A DNA stretch of 64,000 nucleotides, taken from the IMG/VR virus record IMGVR_UViG_3300009347_000008, one strand, 5' to 3'. The notes beneath the pieces were generated by a model. That model was not told the DNA's origin. It worked only from the letters and a program-made list of their open reading frames with translations, and ran no database searches. Shown here one piece after another: positions 39,226-47,932 of this stretch. The position numbers and the translations under genes are program-made. How positions within the stretch are numbered: position 1 is the first letter of the stretch; every line of letters begins with the position of its first letter. The DNA is from a virus.

Positions 39226-40410
39226 TTACGCTGTAGGTTCCTGATGAACTTCAGGATCTTCAGTAGTGGTAGTAGGTTCTTCAACAGTTACTTCTTCCAC
39301 TCGATCTGAAGCCAGAGCTTCAGCCAAGCGACGAGCAGTATCGACAAAACCCGTGAAGACGTAGAGTTGCGCCATACCATCAATTACACCATACATGTAT
39401 TTGATGTCCTCTTCCTTATCTTTGTTCAGCTTAATGAACTTAGCAAGGATTTCAATTTCTTCATCTTTCAGTGGACGCAATGCCCCCATCTTCATGAAAA
39501 TAAACTGAATACATTCAGCCATATTGGCAGGCTTGAATGTCAGGTTCGAACCGGCAGCTTCTACCGTAACGCCAAGCTTCTTGCGTGTTCCGAAATCGAC
39601 TTCGAAGGTTTCGAATTCCTTTGCAAACAAGTTAGTGGCCAGAACAATGACAGCCATACGAAGAGAGCAAGCATCCAGATCGGTGACCTGATCTTCTTCA
39701 GCAAGTTCATTGATGCGGCGAACAAATCGTTCATTGATGAGTTCGACACGTTTTTGGTAGATACCGATATTCAACAGCGACAACAAATCGTAGTTGAAGA
39801 GGTTGTTATTGTTCGCAATGTGGGATGCGAGCATGTAGATGTTGGCTTCATCTTCCTTAGCATTGAAACGCTCTTCCCAGAGTTCTTCACTCTGTTCTGC
39901 CGACTTATGATAAGGATCATAATCCCCAGAGGTATCCACAACTTCCGTTTCAACCTTTTCCTGCATCGCTTTAATAGCAGCTTCTTCCGCACCAGTGAAA
40001 GCTCGGAAACCTGGGGGGAAGTGTTGCTCCGCTACTTCCTGAAGCTCCAACGAGTTAACGATTGGTTTGTCAGTATCGGGGTTGATCGAAGTTTCATCGA
40101 CGGCTGGTTTACCCAGTACTTCGATTTCAATACCACGAACCCACAAATTGATCTTCAGGAACTCTTCTCGCATTCGATTGAATGCTTCTCCATTTCCGCT
40201 ATCGACTTGTTGATTCAGATAGTTCAAAATGGTGATTCGGGCAGAAGACAGATCGATGAGTCGTTCTTCAACCTCACCAATGATGCCAGAAATGTATTCG
40301 TCTTCGTCGACCATATTGCCGGTACGAGGAGATGGAACCATACCGATGGTCTTTGCAATTTCACGAGTTTGTTCGATGAACATCTCGATTTGTTTTTCAC
40401 GGAATTCCAT
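39226..40410 (-). CDS. Hypothetical protein (394 aa), acidic C-terminus
   Basis: ORF; the antisense ORF 39367..40416 is Phe-rich and artefact-like. Confidence 0.6.
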   Translation of the reverse strand: MEFREKQIEMFIEQTREIAKTIGMVPSPRTGNMVDEDEYISGIIGEVEERLIDLSSARITILNYLNQQVDSGNGEAFNRMREEFLKINLWVRGIEIEVLGKPAVDETSINPDTDKPIVNSLELQEVAEQHFPPGFRAFTGAEEAAIKAMQEKVETEVVDTSGDYDPYHKSAEQSEELWEERFNAKEDEANIYMLASHIANNNNLFNYDLLSLLNIGIYQKRVELINERFVRRINELAEEDQVTDLDACSLRMAVIVLATNLFAKEFETFEVDFGTRKKLGVTVEAAGSNLTFKPANMAECIQFIFMKMGALRPLKDEEIEILAKFIKLNKDKEEDIKYMYGVIDGMAQLYVFTGFVDTARRLAEALASDRVEEVTVEEPTTTTEDPEVHQEPTA

Positions 40411-40442
40411 GATTGATCCTTTCAGACAGAGATGTCATTGAT

Positions 40443-40799
40443 TTACGGCTGAACTTCAGCACGGTTGGTATTGACGTAGAAACCACGTCGTTTGAACTCG
40501 TTTATGAGATAATCCAAAACCACATCAACGTGTGAGATGTGATTGTGGTACTCAGATCCAAGAACCAGCTTCTTATCGTTCAAAGCTTGCTGAACCATGT
40601 CATTGAGCTGTGGCATGATTTTATCGCTCTTCAAACTAACAGAATTCTTGAACCAGCGATTGTATTTGTTGTAAGCAAATTGTCGTTCACTTACACTATC
40701 CATTGGATAGGTCATGCCCAGAGGACGATCATCGAGATTGATTTTCGCGGCATTGTTGGTAGAGTTACCAACCACATCGATGTATATCACTTCAGCCAT
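40443..40799 (-). CDS. Hypothetical protein (118 aa)
   Basis: ORF. Confidence 0.5.
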   Translation of the reverse strand: MAEVIYIDVVGNSTNNAAKINLDDRPLGMTYPMDSVSERQFAYNKYNRWFKNSVSLKSDKIMPQLNDMVQQALNDKKLVLGSEYHNHISHVDVVLDYLINEFKRRGFYVNTNRAEVQP

Positions 40800-40827
40800 G
40801 ATATCATCCTTCCTTTACAAAGTACTC

Positions 40828-41571
40828 TTAGAGAGTTGGAGTTGACGTGTCAAGGTCTCCGATCATCTTGACAAAAGAATCGTCCTGTACATCCTTTTTG
40901 GCAAGGACATCGAATACAGATACGACCATTCGGTTTTGGAAGTACGACAACGTGTAAGTGAAGTATTCGCCAATACCCACAACCTTGGCTTCGACGATTT
41001 TTGCACCACGTTGAACATAAACCAAGTCACCGATGGATACTTCTGGCTCCTTATCTTTCATAAGCTTGGCTCGCAGAAGTTCCATATAAACCCGAATTAC
41101 AAGTTTCGGGTCCAAACCAAAGACCGCACTGCGGGCATCGGTTCGTCCTGTTCGAACGAAAGGACTTACGTCCTGCCATAGGTCAGCGTGGCCCCATGTT
41201 CGTTCTTGTTTCTCGATGTAATGATGTTTGAAGGTTTCCCAAAGACCAGTGTATTCTTTGGTCAATTTACCGACACGATTACCATCGAGGTGTTTGTTCA
41301 GTTCGTCTTTGATAGAATCCAGTTGAGATTCTTCAGCGATCACAAACATTGGAACTTCCTTGGTAGTGGAAGAGCCTTTGAATGTGAGATCCAGACGATG
41401 GATCTTCGGAAGGTTCTCAAGCATGTTAGCCCAGGAACGGCTAACTGACCCGAATTCGAATTCGGCAGAACCCATATAATCGCCAACCAAGAAGCGTCCA
41501 ATAGTCGGAATACTGTTTGCTTCTTTTTGGTTTACTTTGTCTTTTGTGTTGTAACGTTGAATGTAGTACAT
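40828..41571 (-). CDS. Hypothetical protein (247 aa)
   Basis: ORF. Confidence 0.55.
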   Translation of the reverse strand: MYYIQRYNTKDKVNQKEANSIPTIGRFLVGDYMGSAEFEFGSVSRSWANMLENLPKIHRLDLTFKGSSTTKEVPMFVIAEESQLDSIKDELNKHLDGNRVGKLTKEYTGLWETFKHHYIEKQERTWGHADLWQDVSPFVRTGRTDARSAVFGLDPKLVIRVYMELLRAKLMKDKEPEVSIGDLVYVQRGAKIVEAKVVGIGEYFTYTLSYFQNRMVVSVFDVLAKKDVQDDSFVKMIGDLDTSTPTL

Positions 41572-41608
41572 TTGGATTTCCTTTTAAAGATGCACTGTTG
41601 ATTTACAA

Positions 41609-42394
41609 TTAGTCGGAAGAATAATTAAAATCTTTCCAGAGTGGGGATTTACTTTTTAACCTCGCTATCATGGTATTAATCTTAATACCATATTCAGCGG
41701 CAGCTTCTGAAATAGAAGAATAGATTTTACCTTCGCAGATAACTTTACGTGTTTTAGGTCGAATATCAAGTAAAGAACAATTTCCATTATGGAGTCTGCT
41801 TCTTATTGTCTGGACAGCTACCCCAGTTTCCCGGCTAGCTTCTCTAACGGAGTTATATTCTACACCATCAACAACTATATTTTCTCCCATTGATGAGATC
41901 ATTTTTGATCTAAGTAAACTATTCTTCCATCTTTCTTTAGAAAGATTAGAAGCTAATATTCTACCTTCCTTCGATTTACTAAATTGATTCCTCAATTCAA
42001 CAGGAATCGAATTAGCTGCAAAAGCATTTACTGCATTACTAGCTATATTAAAGAGTATTCCGCTATTAATACCTTCATTTAAGATACACTGTTCTCTTTC
42101 TTGTGCATTTTCTACACTTGTTTCTAAGGAAATATGAACAATAAAGTTATCTTTATCATTCTCATCATAGTTTTTTTGAAGATTTCTATTTCTGTGTACT
42201 GATCTCTCCAATTCACTTAAATGATTCTTAAGCCTCAGATTTACATTATTAGTACTCCCAACATAGAAGCAGCCAGTTTTATTATTTTCTATAGCATAAC
42301 AAGCAGGCAATAATGGGACACAAAGTAATCTTAAATCTACTAATTTTAAAATTATCCTGTTATTAATATTATCTAGGAAGAAATTCGATTCCAT
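41609..42394 (-). CDS. Free-standing GIY-YIG homing endonuclease (261 aa) with C-terminal NUMOD-like DNA-binding repeats
   Basis: CYAIENNKTGCFYVGSTNNVNLRLKNH (GIY-YIG core) and two IxVxGxxYxSxxEAA repeats; the coding region is very AT-rich. Confidence 0.65.
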   Translation of the reverse strand: MESNFFLDNINNRIILKLVDLRLLCVPLLPACYAIENNKTGCFYVGSTNNVNLRLKNHLSELERSVHRNRNLQKNYDENDKDNFIVHISLETSVENAQEREQCILNEGINSGILFNIASNAVNAFAANSIPVELRNQFSKSKEGRILASNLSKERWKNSLLRSKMISSMGENIVVDGVEYNSVREASRETGVAVQTIRSRLHNGNCSLLDIRPKTRKVICEGKIYSSISEAAAEYGIKINTMIARLKSKSPLWKDFNYSSD

Positions 42395-42548
42395 ATTTCA
42401 TCCTTTTTTTTTCAAGTACACTGATAAAGCACTTCAATGGTTAAGTTATCGAAACGCTTTATCTTTGCAGAGAAGGCAGAGAATCGTTTATCACCCTTAG
42501 ATGATATCTCGTAGCCACCTCTTCTAGCCCATGAGTAAGGCTGATCCA

Positions 42549-42866
42549 TTAATCGTCCTCACCCAAGATGATTTTACCATCTTCTTGGATAGCTTCAAGG
42601 GGGCGACCAGTGTTACCATATTCAGCAACCCAGACAGGAGTGTTATCTTTGATTGTGTAAACTCCCCCTTTATAACCATGGAGTGTGGAACCTTGGAGCT
42701 TTTCACAGACATCCAGCAAGATACCTGCTTCCATGGTTTGACTGGAATCAATCTCGAAAGCGAGGTGATCATAATGACCACGATAGCTATGAGGATTAGT
42801 CAACTTGAATACTGGGACTCGTGGATCGAGTCTTCTCAGCGCTTTGATCATTTCGAGCAACGTCAT
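42549..42866 (-). CDS. Hypothetical protein (105 aa)
   Basis: ORF; competing overlapping ORFs on both strands make this call uncertain. Confidence 0.4.
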   Translation of the reverse strand: MTLLEMIKALRRLDPRVPVFKLTNPHSYRGHYDHLAFEIDSSQTMEAGILLDVCEKLQGSTLHGYKGGVYTIKDNTPVWVAEYGNTGRPLEAIQEDGKIILGEDD

Positions 42867-42871
42867 ATCGG

Positions 42872-43138
42872 TTACTTTCCAGAAGTTTGCAGAAGAATTG
42901 TATCTTCTTTAGGACGAGAGTTTTTGTTCAAGGTCTCGGACCTCCCCCAGCAGATTTTACCATCCGTGAAGCCAGCAGAGATCAACTCACGGAACTCACG
43001 ATTCCAATCACGCTCGTGGCCTTCTTTGATGTAGCTGAGCACTTCATAGAACCGATTGTGGTCAATGCCCTTCTCGAAGATGAAGATTTGCTCAGGGCCG
43101 TCGTGGGTCTTCGTGACCACGTATTTCATTTCACGCAT
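42872..43138 (-). CDS. Hypothetical protein (88 aa)
   Basis: ORF. Confidence 0.4.
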   Translation of the reverse strand: MREMKYVVTKTHDGPEQIFIFEKGIDHNRFYEVLSYIKEGHERDWNREFRELISAGFTDGKICWGRSETLNKNSRPKEDTILLQTSGK

Positions 43139-43150
43139 CGGTATTCCTTT

Positions 43151-43510
43151 TTAAGTTGATGCTACAAGAGAATGCAGTTCGTTCGAATTCTTACAGATAA
43201 CAGGTTTTTTATTACCGCTATCAGGATAACGAACATGGATAGTTCCATCGGATTCGCAACTGAGAATAAAAACTTTCAGTTTGCGTTTATTGGGAGATGG
43301 AAGTTCAGTCAGGGTATAAACAATGTTGTTGTTGCTACCCAGTGTAGCTACAGGAATGCTGTAGTTAGCCGGAATGTGATAGAGAAGGTGATAAGCGCTA
43401 TCACTAACTTTTGGGAAAAGTTTACCGGCTTTGTTCCAATCGCGTAACTTATCAAGTTCGACATTGAAGTTCCCCATCTTAAAGATTGCTGGATCTGTTG
43501 CTACGGTCAT
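43151..43510 (-). CDS. Hypothetical protein (119 aa)
   Basis: ORF. Confidence 0.45.
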   Translation of the reverse strand: MTVATDPAIFKMGNFNVELDKLRDWNKAGKLFPKVSDSAYHLLYHIPANYSIPVATLGSNNNIVYTLTELPSPNKRKLKVFILSCESDGTIHVRYPDSGNKKPVICKNSNELHSLVAST

Positions 43511-43848
43511 TTTACACTTCCCTGTTGTTTGGCTACTTCATCGAGATATTGCTTCACGATAGTTTCGCCATTCTCCGGCACACTCTTGAGGAACTTTTCA
43601 ATATCCTCAATTGTGGCTGTGCCATCTTTAATCGAATGAAGCCACCACAAGGCATTCATTCGATGTCGATCATATTGAATAGCCAGATTGCGCCATTTGG
43701 TGAGAAGATCTTGCTTCTCACCAACCTGCTTTTCTAGACTTGTTGCTAAGGCATAGAGCTTATTAAACTCTACAGCACTTACAAAGATACCCTCGCCGAT
43801 AACTGAATGCAATGGGGTCTTTCCATCAGCAGCAGTACTGGTAGTCAT
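43507..43848 (-). CDS. Hypothetical protein (113 aa)
   Basis: ORF; 4-nt overlap with the downstream gene. Confidence 0.45.
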   Translation of the reverse strand: MTTSTAADGKTPLHSVIGEGIFVSAVEFNKLYALATSLEKQVGEKQDLLTKWRNLAIQYDRHRMNALWWLHSIKDGTATIEDIEKFLKSVPENGETIVKQYLDEVAKQQGSVK

Positions 43849-43859
43849 GTTTGTTAAGA

Positions 43860-44240
43860 TCAGAGGATATTACTAGACACCGCATCGAGGCGGCGGATTG
43901 CAACCGGACCAATAGATTGATCAGGCAACGTACCGAGAATCACCAAGTCCCCGATATTCAAAGGTGAAAAGTTCTTGGTGAGGCGACGCAGAAAATCGGT
44001 AGGGATTCCAATATCAGGACCGCTGCGACCACGGACGATTGTCATGTCAGTCTTACCTTCTTTGAAGAACTGAGTCACAACACCGTGAGACCCGATGAAA
44101 GGACGCTCAAACGGGTAGAAGCTGCTCTCAGGAGCAACAGCTTGTACATCTACTTCTTCAACAACTACTTGCTCAGTATTGTCTGTTTGTTCTTCTTTAG
44201 GAGGTTTCTTTCCGAAACCAACTTCAATAACGTTTGACAT
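43860..44240 (-). CDS. Hypothetical protein (126 aa)
   Basis: ORF downstream of promoter-like box copy 3. Confidence 0.5.
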   Translation of the reverse strand: MSNVIEVGFGKKPPKEEQTDNTEQVVVEEVDVQAVAPESSFYPFERPFIGSHGVVTQFFKEGKTDMTIVRGRSGPDIGIPTDFLRRLTKNFSPLNIGDLVILGTLPDQSIGPVAIRRLDAVSSNIL

Positions 44241-44297
44241 TAATTACCTTAAAAAGTTAGGTTATAGAATAGGCACAGATACTAGTACCATCGACAT

Positions 44298-44320
44298 GAT
44301 ATATTGTTGAAATGTTTTCG
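44298..44320 (-). promoter_or_regulatory. Promoter-like box copy 3 (GATATATTGTTGAAATGTTTTCG)
   Basis: Same hairpin-then-box arrangement as the other copies. Confidence 0.45.
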
Positions 44321-44330
44321 TATACAACAT

Positions 44331-44359
44331 AAAGAGAGTCCTATAATAGGACTCTCTAG
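44331..44359. terminator. Hairpin AGAGAGTCCT-ataat-AGGACTCTCT
   Basis: 10-bp perfect stem after the stop of the Thg1-like gene. Confidence 0.6.
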
Positions 44360-44370
44360 TATGATATTGA

Positions 44371-45162
44371 TTATCCAAATATACGTTTGTTTCTTTCGTC
44401 GATACTGCTATTAGTAAATGACTCTGGCTGAATTTCAATAACGTACTTACTGAATTCATCACCTTCTAAATGTACTTTCTTTCGCTTGATATAGATACCA
44501 TTCTTGAACTTGGTATTAATATTATCCCAATCGTATTTGTGTACTTCTTTGATAATACGGATACGTTCAACAAAAGTTTTATTATCAATATCTTTACCGA
44601 TACCTAAATCACTGCTGATAGCAATGATACATTTCTTGCTATTCTCTCTTTCTGCCCAAAGTAGAGCGTTGCCTGTTTCAGTTCTGTTAGGTACTCTGAA
44701 GATAGTAACATCAAAAGCTGGATAGACTCCACGATCATATAGTTCATCGATGTCCCTAGACTCTGCTAGTTTCAAAGAGAAGTGGGTGGCAGCAGAACTA
44801 GTAACAGCGCTTACTAGTTTTTGTTTCTTACCGCCATATTCAAGGGGAGCTTTCTCAGTTCCATGAATGACCATCATGATCTCTGAAACGCCCACATGTG
44901 CGTACTTAGCTTTAAAGGTGTTAAGCAGATAAGTAGCAGTTTGTTGCATTAGATCAAAGCATCCAAAATCGAATGGAGTTTCAAACACTTTGGAGAAACG
45001 TCGAATATTCTTGAAAGAAATCCTTACAAGAAGGACACTATTGGTAGGATTGAATGCTTGATCTTTCTCCTGATCTTGGTAGTAAGACATTCGTTCATAT
45101 AGACACATTCTACTTTTTTCTTTAGTAGTTAGTGGTTGGCCGGTCATAGGCTTTTCTCTCAT
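44371..45162 (-). CDS. Thg1-like protein (tRNA-His guanylyltransferase / 3'-5' nucleotidyltransferase family), ~263 aa from the internal Met (MREKPMTGQP...)
   Basis: LLVRISFKNIRRFSK resembles VVVRLDGRNFHRF of human THG1L (recalled). HVGVSEIMMVI is a weaker resemblance to the downstream GQSDEYSFVF block. An AAGGTGA RBS precedes ATG 45162. Confidence 0.5.
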   Translation of the reverse strand: MREKPMTGQPLTTKEKSRMCLYERMSYYQDQEKDQAFNPTNSVLLVRISFKNIRRFSKVFETPFDFGCFDLMQQTATYLLNTFKAKYAHVGVSEIMMVIHGTEKAPLEYGGKKQKLVSAVTSSAATHFSLKLAESRDIDELYDRGVYPAFDVTIFRVPNRTETGNALLWAERENSKKCIIAISSDLGIGKDIDNKTFVERIRIIKEVHKYDWDNINTKFKNGIYIKRKKVHLEGDEFSKYVIEIQPESFTNSSIDERNKRIFG

Positions 45163-45249
45163 CACTGTCACCTTTAAGTTACTGTATAATAACGGTATTA
45201 TACACATAATGTTTTTTGTTTATTTTATTTATCATTAGTACGGCATAAA

Positions 45250-45271
45250 GGACAGGGGTGTAACCCTGTCC
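45250..45271. terminator. Hairpin GGACAGGG-gtgtaa-CCCTGTCC
   Basis: Palindrome flanked by CATAAAG/CTTTATATG. Confidence 0.55.
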
Positions 45272-45281
45272 TTTATATGTG

Positions 45282-45680
45282 TTACGCAATGCCCTTGTTT
45301 CGACTACGGTGCATTTCAGCACGACTGGCTTTGGTCTCAACAGCTCGTTCGTGTAGTCGTTTCTTCTTCATACGTAGTACTCGATGCAAGAAGTAATTCA
45401 GATGTTGTTCTTCATTACCCTTGGTTGTCATCATGTATGCAGCATTGTGTTTCTCACAGTAATTAAACTGTCCCAGAGATTCGATCTTGAATCCCATACT
45501 ATGGCCTGGAAATACAATACGGCCATTGTCGCTCACATAGGAAGGGGGTGCGTGAGTTGCAAACTTGTCTTCACTCAAGTCATAGGAAAACGTAATGACT
45601 CGTTCTTCCTTGGGAACTTTGGATGTCAATACATGCCATTCCCGATCACCTTCGATGACGTTCTTAAGCTTTACTGCCAT
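45282..45680 (-). CDS. Hypothetical protein (~132 aa from the internal Met)
   Basis: ORF; the start is ambiguous (the track start 45770 overlaps the upstream gene). Confidence 0.4.
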   Translation of the reverse strand: MAVKLKNVIEGDREWHVLTSKVPKEERVITFSYDLSEDKFATHAPPSYVSDNGRIVFPGHSMGFKIESLGQFNYCEKHNAAYMMTTKGNEEQHLNYFLHRVLRMKKKRLHERAVETKASRAEMHRSRNKGIA

Positions 45681-46125
45681 TTTCGTTACCTTTGCTAGCG
45701 ATATACCGAACGCGTGGAATACCACGCAGTGATTCAATAGGAATGACTCGAAGTTCATACCAACTATCAAATACCATTTTCAGAACACAATCCAATTCTG
45801 ATTGCATCTCTTTAATAGTGACATCGAAGTTGTTAGGCTCAATGGTTGTACCATTGTCTTTCCTGGCCTGTTCAAACAATTGGCCAAGAGTCGTTTCTTT
45901 GGTAAGGGACATGTCTGTTACTTTCTTTTTGCTGAGTAGACTAAACTCTTTTTGTGTCCAAGTTATCAAAAAAGAAAAAGCAGCAAAAAGAACCATCCAC
46001 CGAAGTGGATGGCCTTTATGCGTTTGATGATTCCATGCTGTCTTAGTAAAGAGATTTTCAGAAGAAGAATCTATTATTCTCGATAGTATTAATAATAGAT
46101 GATCTATATTGATAACTCTTAACAA
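45664..46125 (-). CDS. Hypothetical protein (start ambiguous)
   Basis: ORF. Confidence 0.4.
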   Translation of the reverse strand: MLRVINIDHLLLILSRIIDSSSENLFTKTAWNHQTHKGHPLRWMVLFAAFSFLITWTQKEFSLLSKKKVTDMSLTKETTLGQLFEQARKDNGTTIEPNNFDVTIKEMQSELDCVLKMVFDSWYELRVIPIESLRGIPRVRYIASKGNENGSKA

Positions 46126-46305
46126 TCCTCACCGAAGTGAATGCAGTCTAGGAACCACCCTAAACCATGCTCTTTAGAGTCCAGTTTAGGTTCCCCCGTT
46201 GCCTGAAGCTGGTGGGTTAATCCGGTCAGTATGTAATTAGTAAATAATAGTATTACCTCTATAACTTAATGTTAAAGAGATGAATACTAGATAGTGTATA
46301 AGCGT

Positions 46306-46352
46306 CGCGTTAGGGGAGTTAACCCCTAACGATCCCGGCCTTCACGGGATTG
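46306..46352. terminator. Two tandem hairpins (CGTTAGGGG-agttaa-CCCCTAACG and ATCCCG-gccttca-CGGGAT) downstream of the GC-rich gene at 46367..46876
   Basis: Perfect inverted repeats on the 3' side of the minus-strand gene. Confidence 0.55.
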
Positions 46353-46366
46353 GACCTAGCGCACTT

Positions 46367-46876
46367 TTACTTGCGAGGAGCAGCCTTGGTAGCAGCGCGA
46401 GGAGTTGCCTTCTTCGCAGCAGCCACGGCTTGACCTTGTTCCTTGAATGCAGTCAGCACCTTCTCAGCATTGGCTTGCAGCCATTCGAGAGGAACACCAT
46501 GTTGCAGTTCACGAGAAACAGGAGCACCCAGCAGAACCATCAACGGGATGTAATCGCGGGTTTCAGCACCGTAAGCACGAGCCAGTGCAATGTTCTTTGC
46601 GCTCTCGCGAGCAGCAGCGATCACACGGTTCGCATTACGAATGGCTTCGAACTGAGCACGCAGTTCAGCATCGGCAACACTATTGATTGCCATGATTTCC
46701 TTGACAGCAGCGCGAGTTGCTTCCTTACGGTTAGCAGCCAGTTCTTCTTCCATGATAGCTTGGATCTCAGCATCATGAATCACGGGCAGACCGAATGCAG
46801 CCAGAGCTTCCTTTTCAGCAGTGGAAGCAGCCAGATCAGTCAGGGCATGGATGTTAACAGCGATGAGCTTGTTCAC
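46367..46876 (-). CDS. Ala-rich protein with a basic C-terminal tail (169 aa), strongly GC-rich; candidate abundant DNA-binding/virion protein
   Basis: Composition (A/E/K-rich, C-terminal AAAKKATPRAATKAAPRK) and GC content far above background. Confidence 0.6.
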   Translation of the reverse strand: MNKLIAVNIHALTDLAASTAEKEALAAFGLPVIHDAEIQAIMEEELAANRKEATRAAVKEIMAINSVADAELRAQFEAIRNANRVIAAARESAKNIALARAYGAETRDYIPLMVLLGAPVSRELQHGVPLEWLQANAEKVLTAFKEQGQAVAAAKKATPRAATKAAPRK

Positions 46877-47073
46877 TTTGATTTCCTTTGTAGAAAGTTT
46901 TGGTTTGTATCCGCATTGCGGACTGTTTACTTCAATATCTCTTTCATAGCTACCGCCACGTCCATTAGCTACTTAGCTACTAGTTTGTGGGAAATGCAAG
47001 AGATACTAAGTATTACCCCATTTGCTGGGTGTTGTAACATATTAGTAGTCTTTCAAGTTAAACTTTCATTTCT

Positions 47074-47739
47074 TCATTTGGTGTATCCGAAATGATCGAT
47101 CATTTGTTTCACAGTGACTCCATCACTGTAACCACATTTAACACTGTTGTATTGGGCAGCCACTTTATCTCTAATGTGGGCACCCTTACCATCAGATCTC
47201 ACGTAATAAAGATTCACGCCATCACAGAAAGAACCTACGATCTTACCAGGATGGTCTTGCAACGAGTTAGCTAGTTTGGCAACTTTGTAAACCAATTGGT
47301 CATATGTACCATTGTTTTCAATGATGACATCGAATTCATCTTTCGGGATATTGAAAGATGTAATTGGTTCCAAAGGAACACCTCGACCACTAGCATCAAC
47401 CCAAACCTTTAGATCATAGAGATGTTTAGATGCATTAAATTCTTCAAGATCACGCATCCCTACATAGATTTGGTGTTCCTGTAGAATCTCTCTAGACAGC
47501 CTTGCCTTGTCGGGAGTATTGTAGTTCCTGATAAGCTCATAGAGATAAGGTCTATGGAGACTTCTCTTCTCGTAACATTCGGCAAAGCTACTATATCCAG
47601 TATGTGCCATAATGACATCTTCTAGGACTTTCATAGCATATGCTGATGATGAACTAGCTTTATAATTGTTGAAATCACAAAGCAGATCAGCTACGGAATC
47701 TTTACCATGACGGCCATGTCCACATATAAGTAACTTCAT
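47074..47739 (-). CDS. Deoxynucleoside monophosphate kinase-like P-loop kinase (~221 aa from MKLLICGHG...)
   Basis: MKLLICGHGRHGKDSVADLL resembles the N-terminus of T4 gene 1 dNMP kinase, MKLIFLSGVKRSGKDTTADFI (recalled from memory). Confidence 0.5.
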   Translation of the reverse strand: MKLLICGHGRHGKDSVADLLCDFNNYKASSSSAYAMKVLEDVIMAHTGYSSFAECYEKRSLHRPYLYELIRNYNTPDKARLSREILQEHQIYVGMRDLEEFNASKHLYDLKVWVDASGRGVPLEPITSFNIPKDEFDVIIENNGTYDQLVYKVAKLANSLQDHPGKIVGSFCDGVNLYYVRSDGKGAHIRDKVAAQYNSVKCGYSDGVTVKQMIDHFGYTK

Positions 47740-47932
47740 GTGAAAACTTTCATTGCTAAAGATCAATTTATTCGAAATCACGGATCTTAGAAAAAACAAT
47801 ATCGATAGTCATTTTTCAGTCTCTTTGAAAAAATGATGGCATAAAGAGTGTTGGACTACCGCTACTCATCATTAGGTCTCTGGAGGGTGGAGGGAGGAGA
47901 GAGACCTAATAACTTTCACAATAGCCCAAACA

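Noticed and set aside
39367-40416. 349-aa plus-strand ORF
   Set aside because: It is Phe/Leu-rich and artefact-like, and exactly antisense to a compositionally normal 394-aa minus-strand gene. The same reasoning applies to 62866..63717, 53056..53880, 54911..55537 and 46430..47095.
44262-44462. 66-aa minus-strand ORF
   Set aside because: It spans the terminator hairpin and promoter box between two genes, and overlaps the end of the Thg1-like gene. Regulatory elements explain the region better.
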